Positions 34,051 through 43,564 of a stretch of 55,230 nucleotides of DNA are shown piece after piece. Made by a program: the position numbers and the translations under genes. The stretch is from Eubacteriales bacterium (GTDB lineage: Bacteria > Bacillota > Clostridia > Oscillospirales > CAG-272), in assembly GCA_045593985.1 (NCBI GenBank), contig JAZNXR010000107.1, forward strand, positions 1 through 55,230, written 5' to 3'. Below the pieces are notes generated by a model that was not told where the DNA came from, did not search any database, and saw only the letters and a list, made by a program, of their open reading frames with translations. The first letter of the stretch is position 1. Every line of letters starts with the position of its first letter.

Positions 34051-36313
34051 CTGGAAGCTTGCTTACTGTGAAAACAATCAATGTAAAAATCTCGACGTCC
34101 GTTCGGCGGAAGACGTTAAGAAATACGGATTTTCGGTGATCGACGCCGAGGTGCCGGGAAACTTTGAGCTTGATATGATGCGCGCGGGTCTTATTCCCGA
34201 CCTGTATTATTCTGAGAACACGCTTATCGCTCAGCGCCTTGAAAATCTGCATCTTTGGTATTTTACCGAGCTTGACGTTACCGAAACCGACTGCTTTCTT
34301 CGTTTCGAGGGAGTCGATACCGTTGCAGATATATATGTAAACGGCGAGCTTGCCGCTTCTCATGATAATATGTTTACGGCGTTTGACGTTGCGCCTGAAT
34401 TCAAGATCGGCAAAAACGAGCTTCTTGTTCATATCAAACCCGCTGCCCTTGAGGCAAGAAAGAAAGAGCTCCCGCCGTCTGCAACCGGTATGCGCTACAA
34501 TTTTCCGTCTCTTTCGCTCCGCAAGGCGGCACATTCCTTCGGCTGGGATATTATGCCGCGAATTGTTTCGGGCGGAATCTATAAGCCGGTGTCTTTGCTC
34601 AAGAAAAGAAAAGACTTTATACGCTCCCTGTATGCTGCGACCGAGGTGTTGAACGGTGATGAGGGAACCGTTGTCGGATTCCACTTTTCGCTTGATGTTG
34701 AGGGCGATTTCATAACCGATTATTCCGTTCGGGTGCGCGGCAGCTGCCGTGGTCAAAGCTTTGAAAAAGGCACTGTTGCTTGGCATACGGACGGATATAT
34801 TAGAGTGCATCTGCATGACCCATATCTCTGGTGGCCGAAAAATATGGGCGAGCAGAATCTTTACGATACCGTTTTCGAGCTATATAAAAACGGGGAGCTT
34901 TGCGACAGCTATAAGCTGAGGATCGGAGTTCGAAAGATCGAGCTCGTAACAGAGGAGATGAACGCCGACGGCGAGGGCGGCGAATTTTGCTTCTACGTAA
35001 ACGGGAAGAAATTTTTCGCGCTTGGAACGAACTGGGTTCCACTCGACGCCTTTCATTCCCAAGATCTGAAGCGCCTTCCGAGAGCGCTTGAGCTTCTTGA
35101 CGATATTGGCTGTAATATGGTCAGATGCTGGGGAGGAAACGTATACGAGTCTGACGAGTTTTACGACTTCTGCGACGAGAAAGGCATTCTCGTATGGCAG
35201 GATTTTGCGATGGGATGCGCTACGTATCCGAACGACCTTCAAATTGCAAATCAGATCGAGGACGAGGCGGTATGTGAGATAAAGCGCCTGCGGAATCACC
35301 CATCGCTCGCTCTTTGGGCGGGTGATAACGAATGTGACATCGCGACGATGGGTTGGGATTTTGTTTACCGCGATCCGACTCTGAATATTCTGACGCGAGA
35401 TGTACTGAAGCGTGCCGTTTCGACCTGGGATTATACGAGGGCTTATCTTCCGAGCTCACCCTACGTGAGCGAAAAATCCTTCAAAGAAAAGCTTCCCTTG
35501 CCCGAGGATCATATTTGGGGACCGCGAGATTGGTTCAAGAGTAATTATTACCGCAACGCGACCTGTCATTTCGCGAGCGAAACGGGATATCACGGATTTC
35601 CGAGCGTCAAATCGCTCCGTGAATTTTTGAAGGATCCCGAAAGAATATTTGACGAAAACGGAAGACCTACGGAGGAATATACCGTTCATGCCGCATCTCC
35701 CGAAACCGGCTCCGCTTCTCCTTACTCCTACCGCATACGTCTTGCACACGATCAGGTTGTTATTCTCTTCGGTAAGGCGGAGAATAAGCTTGAGGATTTC
35801 GTTTTACAGAGTCAAATATCTCAGGCGGAAGCGATGAAATATTTCATTGAGCGCTTCCGTATCGGTAAGTGGCGTCGCACCGGGATAATCTGGTGGAACC
35901 TAATTGACGGTTGGCCTCAGATATCCGACGCGGTGGTCGACTACTATTACGAAAAAAAGCTTGCATACGATTTTATCAAGCGTTTGCAGAATCCCGTATG
36001 TCTGATGTTTGACGAGTTTGACGGAACAGCGTATTCACTGTTCGCGGCGAATGAAACACCTAATGATACTGAGGTTTCTTACCGTGTCATTGACGCCGAG
36101 ACAGATGGCGAGCTTTTGAGCGGCACGGCAACCGTTCCCGCATTTTCTACCGTGAAGACGGGCGCGCTCTCGCTGCCGCAAAACGAGAGAAGATTCCTTC
36201 TTATCGAGTGGGAAAGAGACGGCAAGATTGAACGCAATCACTATGTTACGAATATAAAGGGAATCAATTTCCGCCGATATGTCGAGCTGCTGGAGAAATG
36301 CAGCTTAAACTAA
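34043..36313 (+). CDS. Glycoside hydrolase family 2, beta-mannosidase-like, no signal peptide
   Basis: NMVRCWGGNVYESDEFYDFCDEKGILVWQDF, WAGDNE (acid/base region) and FASETGYHGFPS (nucleophile region). Confidence 0.8.
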   Translation: MYNWKLAYCENNQCKNLDVRSAEDVKKYGFSVIDAEVPGNFELDMMRAGLIPDLYYSENTLIAQRLENLHLWYFTELDVTETDCFLRFEGVDTVADIYVNGELAASHDNMFTAFDVAPEFKIGKNELLVHIKPAALEARKKELPPSATGMRYNFPSLSLRKAAHSFGWDIMPRIVSGGIYKPVSLLKKRKDFIRSLYAATEVLNGDEGTVVGFHFSLDVEGDFITDYSVRVRGSCRGQSFEKGTVAWHTDGYIRVHLHDPYLWWPKNMGEQNLYDTVFELYKNGELCDSYKLRIGVRKIELVTEEMNADGEGGEFCFYVNGKKFFALGTNWVPLDAFHSQDLKRLPRALELLDDIGCNMVRCWGGNVYESDEFYDFCDEKGILVWQDFAMGCATYPNDLQIANQIEDEAVCEIKRLRNHPSLALWAGDNECDIATMGWDFVYRDPTLNILTRDVLKRAVSTWDYTRAYLPSSPYVSEKSFKEKLPLPEDHIWGPRDWFKSNYYRNATCHFASETGYHGFPSVKSLREFLKDPERIFDENGRPTEEYTVHAASPETGSASPYSYRIRLAHDQVVILFGKAENKLEDFVLQSQISQAEAMKYFIERFRIGKWRRTGIIWWNLIDGWPQISDAVVDYYYEKKLAYDFIKRLQNPVCLMFDEFDGTAYSLFAANETPNDTEVSYRVIDAETDGELLSGTATVPAFSTVKTGALSLPQNERRFLLIEWERDGKIERNHYVTNIKGINFRRYVELLEKCSLN

Positions 36314-36344
36314 AAATATCCGCCCGTATGGGCGGATATTTTTA
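36312..36344. terminator. Bidirectional rho-independent terminator
   Basis: ATATCCGCCC-gtat-GGGCGGATAT stem flanked by an A-run and a T-run. Confidence 0.85.
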
Positions 36345-36533
36345 CTTACACATATCGGTCATCGCGTTTTTTGCCTTACAGGCAAGCTCCTTACAGCGGC
36401 ATTGGTCAAAGCCGTAGCATCTGCCGAGAAAGCCTTTTTTACCCGCACAGGGCGTGACTGTAATGATTCCGAGAATGAGCGCAAGAAATACGATCATCAT
36501 AAGGATCTTGATTTCAATACAAATAGTTTTCAT
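36342..36533 (-). CDS. 63-aa membrane-anchored Cys-rich protein, translationally coupled to spoIIP
   Basis: GGAGA lies 6 nt upstream of the ATG, and the ATG is 2 nt after the spoIIP TAG stop. One TM segment, then a 35-aa tail with 6 Cys. Its stop codon sits inside the terminator. Confidence 0.5.
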   Translation of the reverse strand: MKTICIEIKILMMIVFLALILGIITVTPCAGKKGFLGRCYGFDQCRCKELACKAKNAMTDMCK

Positions 36534-36535
36534 TT

Positions 36536-37639
36536 CTACTCTCCGTAAAGCGGAACGCCCGACAGTATCATTCCGCTTAAAACCTCACCCAGAATTTCAG
36601 TTGCCTTTTTCGCCTCGGCAAGAGTGTTTACACAGGTGCCGACCTCAATCAGCGCTCCGATATGAGCATAATGCTGATTATAGGCTGAACGTCTTATCGA
36701 CATAGGCCTTGCTATATTGTTCAGTCGGCTGATGAGAAAATGCTGGGCATTTACGGCGAAAGAGAGATTTCTCCGCCAGCCATCGTGATCGGCACCTGCT
36801 TCATCGGTCCCGACAACGAACATAAGCTGCGCTGTCGGCGTGCTTTCGTCGTATGTAAGCGTTTTATAGACCACCGTTTCACCGACGAGGGCATCACGGT
36901 GTATGTCGAAGGTGTACTTGATCGACGGATATTTTTTAAGATATTCCTTTACGCTTTTTGCGGAGTTTGTGTAGGCGGTGTTGTATGAGCCGTTATCGTG
37001 CATTTTTTCGTCATGGACCGTTGGAATTCCGTTCGCATTTAAAATTTCGGCAAGATATTTGCCGACTGCGACGACGTTTTTCGTTATGTCGGTCGAGCGT
37101 GGAAGATTTGTTGCGGAATAGGAAGCCTTGCCCTCCTCGGCGTAGCCCTCGGTGCCGTGCGTGTGGTAGATCAAAACGAGTGGCTCGGACATATTATACT
37201 CGTTTTTTGACGCCTCAAGCGATGCGCCGCTCGCGGTAAGAAAATCGGAAATTGCGATATTGTATTTCGTTTTGTTTTTGAAATATATTTGATCAGGCAT
37301 CGGATTTTTGCTTAGATCCGTATCTGTTATTTTCAGCTCGCCCTTCGGGACGGTTGTATTATCGTCTGCGAAAATTGTGTCGTATATTCCAAGTCCGAGT
37401 GGATATTCTCTTTCAAAAATTATATCTCTGAATGCGGGCGGAAGCTCCTCTGCTCCTGCTTCAAGCTCGTCAAGCGTTGGCTTTTCGTCTGTTTGCGGAA
37501 AGGCGAAGATCCTATCAAACGAGCTGCATATCATTATGCTTACCGAAAGGAGCAAAATCGCTCCCTTTGATGCTATATTGAAAATTGCGCCGAAATTTGG
37601 CTTTTTGCCTAAAAGCACCGAAAGATTGATTTTTTGCAT
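36536..37639 (-). CDS. spoIIP: Stage II sporulation protein P
   Basis: LVLIYHTHGTEGY motif, N-terminal anchor, and position downstream of gpr as in Bacillus. Confidence 0.88.
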   Translation of the reverse strand: MQKINLSVLLGKKPNFGAIFNIASKGAILLLSVSIMICSSFDRIFAFPQTDEKPTLDELEAGAEELPPAFRDIIFEREYPLGLGIYDTIFADDNTTVPKGELKITDTDLSKNPMPDQIYFKNKTKYNIAISDFLTASGASLEASKNEYNMSEPLVLIYHTHGTEGYAEEGKASYSATNLPRSTDITKNVVAVGKYLAEILNANGIPTVHDEKMHDNGSYNTAYTNSAKSVKEYLKKYPSIKYTFDIHRDALVGETVVYKTLTYDESTPTAQLMFVVGTDEAGADHDGWRRNLSFAVNAQHFLISRLNNIARPMSIRRSAYNQHYAHIGALIEVGTCVNTLAEAKKATEILGEVLSGMILSGVPLYGE

Positions 37640-37684
37640 GACTGCCCTCCTTTTTTATATAAATATATTTCGGAGGACGGATTT

Positions 37685-38566
37685 TTATACCGAGAGGGCG
37701 ATGTTTATAGATGATGCGATAAGCGCCGACATTTCGTTTATAACCGTATCGACATCCTTTAAGGTGACAAAAAAGCTTCTGCCGTTTTCAAGCTCCGCTT
37801 CAAGAGAGGGAGGGGTTTCCTTTATCTCGGCGCGCTCAAGGGCGTTATAGATAAGGGTTGACGAGTCAACTACCGTCGGAACGCCGACTGAAATTACGGG
37901 AACGCCAAGCGTTTGGCGGTCGATCGCGCTTCTTCGGTTTCCGATGCCCGAGCCCGGCATAATTCCCGTGTTTGAAATTTGCACCGTTGTGCACAGGCGG
38001 TCAACGCTTTTCGATGCGAGGGCGTCTATTACGATTACCGCCGAGGCGTTTGACGCCTTGACCGCACCGAGAATTATATCTGAAGCTTCAAGTCCGGTTT
38101 CTGCGCTGACGCCGGGCGTTAGTGCGCAGGTGCAGAGTGAGCCGAGCTTTTTAAAAAGCTCGGGACTTTCTTCCTTTATATGGCGGTTTGCGCTTATTCC
38201 CTTGATGGCGAACGGGCCTATTGCGTCGGAGACGATATGACGGTTGCCGAGCCCGACGACGAGGACTGTTTTTATATCACCGAATGAGTAAAGGAGAGAT
38301 TTTGTTTCTTCGCCGATTGAAAGGGCGGCTCGGCTTAAGGCTTCGTCGTCCATTAGCCGAATGTTACCGACCGAAAAGGTCAGATACCGTCCGATCGGCT
38401 TTCCCAAAACCGCTTCGCCCTCCTCGTTCAAAACCGAGATTTCGGTTACCGCAATTCCGTGCTTTTTATATTCTCTTGCCGATATTCCTTTATATGCACC
38501 GTTTTCGTTTTTAGGACAGGCTTCAAGAGCCATATCCGTTCTGATATATTTGCGAAAACGTTCCAT
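37685..38566 (-). CDS. gpr: Germination (spore) protease GPR
   Basis: VVGLGNRHIVSDAIGP and IVIDALASKSVDRLCTTVQISNTGIMPGSGIGN...GVPVISVGVPTVVD. The proposed start MERFRKYIRTDMALE has GGGAGAG upstream. Confidence 0.9.
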   Translation of the reverse strand: MERFRKYIRTDMALEACPKNENGAYKGISAREYKKHGIAVTEISVLNEEGEAVLGKPIGRYLTFSVGNIRLMDDEALSRAALSIGEETKSLLYSFGDIKTVLVVGLGNRHIVSDAIGPFAIKGISANRHIKEESPELFKKLGSLCTCALTPGVSAETGLEASDIILGAVKASNASAVIVIDALASKSVDRLCTTVQISNTGIMPGSGIGNRRSAIDRQTLGVPVISVGVPTVVDSSTLIYNALERAEIKETPPSLEAELENGRSFFVTLKDVDTVINEMSALIASSINIALSV

Positions 38567-38711
38567 CTTGATCTCTCCCAATAGCAGCTTTTTGAGATTA
38601 GTATTCCGCTGATATGAAAAATAATTCATGACAAAATGCACAAAAAAAGAAATCTATGATTGTTCAAACAGCCAAAACTTGGGTTTTGAAAAAAATAGCT
38701 AAATTTTATTG

Positions 38712-38740
38712 TTGATTAAAATAAATAAAAGTGATATAAT
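38712..38740 (+). promoter_or_regulatory. Promoter for the solute-binding protein gene (extended -10)
   Basis: TTGATT (38712-38717), 17-nt spacer, TGaTATAAT (38732-38740). Confidence 0.55.
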
Positions 38741-38803
38741 GTATAGGTAATAAAATAGGTGTGCTATAGCTATGCCTATATTTTCTCATGGGGGATCTCA
38801 CAA

Positions 38804-40525
38804 ATGAAAAAAATTATTGCAGTAGTCCTCACTCTTTTGATGGTTACTTCGCTTTTTGCGGGCTGCTCAAAAGAGGTCGATAACAAAAAGGGCGGCCCTA
38901 CCGTTCCCGTATACATTTCGGGCGAGGTTACAAACTTCGATCCTGCATACGGTAACCTTGACCAGACCTCGCAGAAGATCATGTCGCTTCTTTTTGAGGG
39001 ACTCTTTAAGTATGACGATAACGGCAAGGTAGTTCAGGCTCAGGCTAAATCGATCAAGAAGCTTGACAACCCGAGCAAGAATTACTATGCGATCGAAATT
39101 ACTCTTAAGGATACAGGCTGGTCTGACGGAATTCCCGTTCAGGCATCGGATTATATCTACGCCTGGAAGCGTATTCTTGAATCCGACTTCCGCGGCGAGG
39201 CTGCGAGTATGCTTTTCTGCATCAAGAATGCAAGAAAGGTACATGATGGCGACGCAACGATCGACGACCTTGGAGTTACCGACGTTTCGCCCAAGATCAT
39301 TCGTATTGAGTTTGAAGGCCCTACCGACTATAACCAGTTCTATGAGTACCTTGCAAGCCCGATGCTCGTTCCGCTTCGTGAGTTCCAGGTAGGCCGAGTG
39401 CCTTCCGACTGGTCATCCAACGCAACGATCATTTCCTCGAACGGCCCGTACGCTATTCGTAACTATACTCCCGGCGAGTCTATGACTCTTCAGGCGAACG
39501 CATATTATCACGGCCCCATAAAGACCTTCCGTCTGAGCATCACCTTCGCTACAAACAAGGTGCTTGACGATGCTGCTGTTCTTAAGCGCTTTGAGGACGG
39601 AGAGATCGTTTTCGACGGTGAGCTTCCTCTTAAGAAGCGTGCCGAGCTTCTTAAGGCTAACAAGGTTGTCGTAAAGGATACGATGTCGGTCCTTTCCTGC
39701 ATCTTCAATACTCAGAACGAGCTTCTTTCCGATCCCGATGTACGCCGCGCTCTTTCGCTTGCTCTTGACAGAGAAAAGATTGCAGATATTCTTACCTTTG
39801 CTAAGCCCGCAGGCGGACTTATAGCCGGACGTGTATTCGAAACTACAAACGGCAAAAACGGCGTTTCGTTCCGCAGCAAGGGTGGAACGTTGCTTGAATC
39901 GAAGGCTAAAACCGCCGATGCAAAGGCGCTTCTCAACGGCAAAACGCTTGGCGAGATAAACCTCGTTATTCGCGACGACGAGGCAGATAAGGCTGTCGGT
40001 GAATATCTTAAGAAGACTTGGGACGCTCTCGGATTTACCGTAAATCTTACGGTTCTCGGCTCGGTTCCTTATGACGGCCCGAACGAAATCGTGCTTATGG
40101 ACGATCAGTATCTTGACGCATACGAGTCAAGAAGCTTTGACGTTATCCTCGTTGACTACACCATGTTCTCTACCGATGCATTCGGTAACCTCGCTTCCTT
40201 TGCCGTTCCCTTTGCGGGCGGTGCAATGGATATGACGACAGGCAAGTATGAGCTTGCTCCTCATGTCAGCGGTTACTCGAATCCCGAATACGACGCTCTT
40301 ATTGAGAAGGCGTATGCAGAGAAGGATGCCGAAAAGAGAGCTGCACTTCTCCATCAGGCAGAGAAAATGCTCCTTAACGATATGCCTATTGCGCCCCTCG
40401 TTGAGCTTCAGAGCGCATACATGGTAGGCAGCGATCTTACCGGAGTGAAAACTAATTATTTCGGTATGCCTGTATTTACCGATGCGCTCCTCAATAACGC
40501 AGCAAAATACCAGGTAGGTCAGTAA
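38804..40525 (+). CDS. Family-5 (peptide/nickel type) ABC substrate-binding lipoprotein, orphan
   Basis: Lipobox LFAGCS. About 570 aa with SBP_bac_5-like features. No permease or ATPase genes are adjacent. Confidence 0.8.
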   Translation: MKKIIAVVLTLLMVTSLFAGCSKEVDNKKGGPTVPVYISGEVTNFDPAYGNLDQTSQKIMSLLFEGLFKYDDNGKVVQAQAKSIKKLDNPSKNYYAIEITLKDTGWSDGIPVQASDYIYAWKRILESDFRGEAASMLFCIKNARKVHDGDATIDDLGVTDVSPKIIRIEFEGPTDYNQFYEYLASPMLVPLREFQVGRVPSDWSSNATIISSNGPYAIRNYTPGESMTLQANAYYHGPIKTFRLSITFATNKVLDDAAVLKRFEDGEIVFDGELPLKKRAELLKANKVVVKDTMSVLSCIFNTQNELLSDPDVRRALSLALDREKIADILTFAKPAGGLIAGRVFETTNGKNGVSFRSKGGTLLESKAKTADAKALLNGKTLGEINLVIRDDEADKAVGEYLKKTWDALGFTVNLTVLGSVPYDGPNEIVLMDDQYLDAYESRSFDVILVDYTMFSTDAFGNLASFAVPFAGGAMDMTTGKYELAPHVSGYSNPEYDALIEKAYAEKDAEKRAALLHQAEKMLLNDMPIAPLVELQSAYMVGSDLTGVKTNYFGMPVFTDALLNNAAKYQVGQ

Positions 40526-40537
40526 TTAAAAACACAA

Positions 40538-40575
40538 TCAGGGAAATCCTGCTTCGGGATTTCCCTGATATTATC
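40538..40575 (+). terminator. Terminator hairpin
   Basis: TCAGGGAAATCC / GGATTTCCCTGA 12-bp stem with a weak T-tract. Confidence 0.65.
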
Positions 40576-40603
40576 TAATACTTCAAAAATAAGGAAATTC
40601 GGT

Positions 40604-41155
40604 ATGCATAGCCAGCTTCGCGATAAGAACGATATTAAAATTTTTATATTGCATCTTTTGCGCCATGTAAGCTGTCCTCTTGACTTTGTCAGCATAAATG
40701 ACATTGTTGTTCAGGACGGCTTTGTCGGCTATTTCGATTTTGTCGAATGCTTTGCGGAGCTGCTCGAAACCGGTAACGTGATCGAGCTTCCTACCGACGA
40801 AGCGGGAGAGGAGCTTTACGAAATTTCCCCTAACGGTATGATCGTTGCCGAAACACTTGACAGTCGAATTTTGCCGACGATAAGAGAAAAGAGCGTAAAA
40901 AGTGCTCTTCGTTTCCTTTCCTTCCGTGAGCGTGGCGCCAAGCTGAAATTTGATTTTGAGCCTCTGCCTAACGGTCGGTTTGTTGCTAAATGCATTATAA
41001 CCGAAAAGGACAAGGAGATAATGAACGTTGAGCTTACCGTTGAAAGCAGTACACAGCTTGAGAAGATCAGGCGCAATTTCTATGACAAGCCCGAGGTTGT
41101 TTACAAGGGCGTTATGGCAGTTTTGACCGGAGAGGTTAATTATCTTATTGAATGA
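40604..41155 (+). CDS. DUF4364-family protein
   Basis: N-terminus LRDKNDIKIFILHLLRHVSCPLDFVSINDIVVQDG resembles the clostridial DUF4364 family. Confidence 0.6.
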   Translation: MHSQLRDKNDIKIFILHLLRHVSCPLDFVSINDIVVQDGFVGYFDFVECFAELLETGNVIELPTDEAGEELYEISPNGMIVAETLDSRILPTIREKSVKSALRFLSFRERGAKLKFDFEPLPNGRFVAKCIITEKDKEIMNVELTVESSTQLEKIRRNFYDKPEVVYKGVMAVLTGEVNYLIE

Positions 41156-41186
41156 AAAAATCGAGGCAGGTGCCTCGATTTTTGTT
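41155..41186 (+). terminator. Rho-independent terminator
   Basis: TCGAGGC-aggt-GCCTCGA stem, followed by TTTTTG. Confidence 0.75.
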
Positions 41187-41254
41187 TATATACGGAATAT
41201 TTTGTCTACCCGGAAGGCAAGGCGCTTCGGATAATGAGGTCATGCGCCGTCAAG

Positions 41255-42007
41255 TCAGACGAGAATTATTTTGCCTTTCTCTTGTGAGGGGAGGTATTTT
41301 GCGGCGGCATCGGAATTGGTAACTATATAGTCGATATCTCTTATTGATATGAGGTTGTAGGGCGTTGAGAGGGAAAACTTCGTTTCGTCGCACAAAAATA
41401 CCGTTACCTTTGACTGATTAATTGCTACCTTTCTTATCTGCGTTTCGGGCAGGGAAGGATCGGTGAGCATACCTTTCCCGTTTACTCCGTGGCAGGAGAA
41501 GAAGAATTTGTCGATGTTGAATTTTCTTATAAAGTCCTCTGCGAAGCTGCCGAAAAATGCCATTGAGTTTTCAAAAATTTCGCCGCCCGTACAGTAGGTC
41601 TTGATGCCCTTTTTTACAAGCAGATTGGCGAGCGCCATTCCGTTTGTTATAACCGTGATTCCGGTTTTATCGCCAAGAAAATCAGCCATTTGAAGCGTTG
41701 TCGTGGAGGAATCAATAAAGATAATATCGTTATCGTCAATAAGTGCGGATGCTGCACGGCAAAGTCTGCGCTTCTCCCCCGAATTAACCGTTTTCCGAAA
41801 ATTCAAGGGCGCCACGATATGCTCCGCCTGGATTCTTTTTGCTCCCCCGTGGCTTCTGATGATCTGATGTCTGCGATCAAGCTCGGCAAGGTCGCGCCTT
41901 ATTGTCGGCAGGCTGACGTATAGCATTTTGCTGAGTCTTGATGCCGAGATATATTGCTCCTCCTCCAAAATGGAGAGAATTTTATCGTATCGTTCTTCTT
42001 TTAGCAT
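41255..42007 (-). CDS. DeoR-family transcriptional regulator (GlpR-like)
   Basis: N-terminal HTH RYDKILSILEEEQYISASRLSKMLYVSLPTIRRDLAEL and a C-terminal DeoR sugar-phosphate sensor domain. Confidence 0.88.
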   Translation of the reverse strand: MLKEERYDKILSILEEEQYISASRLSKMLYVSLPTIRRDLAELDRRHQIIRSHGGAKRIQAEHIVAPLNFRKTVNSGEKRRLCRAASALIDDNDIIFIDSSTTTLQMADFLGDKTGITVITNGMALANLLVKKGIKTYCTGGEIFENSMAFFGSFAEDFIRKFNIDKFFFSCHGVNGKGMLTDPSLPETQIRKVAINQSKVTVFLCDETKFSLSTPYNLISIRDIDYIVTNSDAAAKYLPSQEKGKIILV

Positions 42008-42055
42008 AGCGTTACTCCTTTTGAGCGTTTTTGATTGTTTTTCGTGTTAATAGCC

Positions 42056-42089
42056 AACGATTGACAATCGTTTGTGATTGATTTATTAT
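42056..42089 (+). promoter_or_regulatory. Promoter with an overlapping palindromic operator candidate
   Basis: AACGAT-TGACA-ATCGTT (42056-42072) embeds the -35 TTGACA (42061-66). A 17-nt spacer leads to TATTAT (42084-89). Confidence 0.5.
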
Positions 42090-42127
42090 AATATATAATG
42101 CGATATTTTGTCAATAGAGAGGTTTGT

Positions 42128-43564
42128 ATGTACGATATTGCGATAATCGGCGGCGGAGTCGTCGGAGGACTTATTGCGAGAACGCTGTCAAGATATAACT
42201 TGAAGATATGCATTCTCGAAAAGGAAAATGATGTGGCGTGCGGTGCAACGAAGGCAAATTCTGCCATCGTTCATGCGGGCTTTGATGCCAAGGCAGGCTC
42301 CTTGAAGGCAAAGCTTAACGTCAGAGGCTCGAAAATGATGAGCGCCGTTTGCGCCGAGCTTGGCGTTAAATACAAGAACAACGGATCGCTTGTCATCGGA
42401 TTCAACGAGGACGACAGAAATGTTATTAACGAGCTTCTGCAAAGAGGCATCGAAAACGGTGTTGAGGGACTCCGAATTATCGAAAAGGACGAGCTTAAAG
42501 AGCTTGAGCCGAACATATCGGATAACGTCGTCTGCGCTCTTCATGCGCCGACGGGTGCTATCGTTTGCCCTTATGAATTGACGATTGCCGCAATCGGAAA
42601 CGCTATGGATAACGGCGCTTCCCTGATTTGTAATTTTGAGGTTACAGGCATCGATAAGACCGAAAACGGATATCGTGTTTCCTCGGAAGGCTCGTTTGTT
42701 GATGCTCGATTCGTTATTAACTGCGCAGGTATTTATTCCGATAAAATCGCAAGGCTTGTCGGTGATGACAGCTTTGACGTTCATCCTCGCAGGGGCGAGT
42801 ATATTTTGCTCGACAAGGAGTGCGGCGGGCTGGTTTCGCACACGATTTTCAGAACTCCCTCCAAAATGGGAAAGGGAATACTGATATCGCCCACCGTTGA
42901 CGGAAATCTTCTTTTAGGCCCGACCTCGGTTGATATCGAGGATAAGGAGGATAAGAGCATCGCTTCAAAGGGCTTTGCCGACATTATCAAGAATGCGAAT
43001 GACAACTTAAATAATGTACCGATACAAAAGACGATCACCTCCTTCTGCGGTCTTCGCTCTGTCGGAAGCACGGGTGATTTTATAATCAACGTGTTTGAAG
43101 GTAGCTTTGTTAACGTAGCGGGCATTGAGTCTCCCGGTCTGTCTGCTTCGCCTGCGATCGCAGAATACGTGCTTGAGCTTCTCAAAAACGAGGGCTTGGA
43201 GCTAAATGAAAAGGCAGACTATAATCCTTATAGAGCTTCGATGCACGCCTTCCGTGAGGGAACTATTGAGGAAAAGAATGAAATGATAAAGAAAAACCCC
43301 GCTTACGGCAGAATCGTTTGCCGCTGCGAGGGTGTCAGCGAGGGCGAGATCCTCGATGCGATTCGCCGCAATCCGAGAGCGAGAGACCTTGACGGCGTTA
43401 AACGCCGTACTCGTGCGCAAATGGGACGTTGCCAGGGCGGATTCTGCAGCCCGTATATTATTGAGCTTCTCTCGAAGGAGCTTGAGATCCCGTACGAAAG
43501 CGTAACGAAGTTTGGCGGAAAGTCGGTTATCAGCATAGGAAAAACAAAGGGAGGCCGTGAATAA
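42128..43564 (+). CDS. FAD-dependent glycerol-3-phosphate dehydrogenase-like oxidoreductase with a BFD-like [2Fe-2S] domain
   Basis: YDIAIIGGGVVGG FAD motif. C-terminal CRCEGVSEGEI...GRCQGGFC. Confidence 0.8.
   Translation: MYDIAIIGGGVVGGLIARTLSRYNLKICILEKENDVACGATKANSAIVHAGFDAKAGSLKAKLNVRGSKMMSAVCAELGVKYKNNGSLVIGFNEDDRNVINELLQRGIENGVEGLRIIEKDELKELEPNISDNVVCALHAPTGAIVCPYELTIAAIGNAMDNGASLICNFEVTGIDKTENGYRVSSEGSFVDARFVINCAGIYSDKIARLVGDDSFDVHPRRGEYILLDKECGGLVSHTIFRTPSKMGKGILISPTVDGNLLLGPTSVDIEDKEDKSIASKGFADIIKNANDNLNNVPIQKTITSFCGLRSVGSTGDFIINVFEGSFVNVAGIESPGLSASPAIAEYVLELLKNEGLELNEKADYNPYRASMHAFREGTIEEKNEMIKKNPAYGRIVCRCEGVSEGEILDAIRRNPRARDLDGVKRRTRAQMGRCQGGFCSPYIIELLSKELEIPYESVTKFGGKSVISIGKTKGGRE

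Noticed and set aside
38567-38650. A forespore-type (SigF/SigG) promoter upstream of gpr: GCATT-18-CATATCA on the minus strand.
   Set aside because: It only partly matches the GHATR-N18-CATxHTA pattern I remember (mismatches at the last base of the -35 element and at the penultimate base of the -10 element). That is too weak to list as a feature without comparative data.
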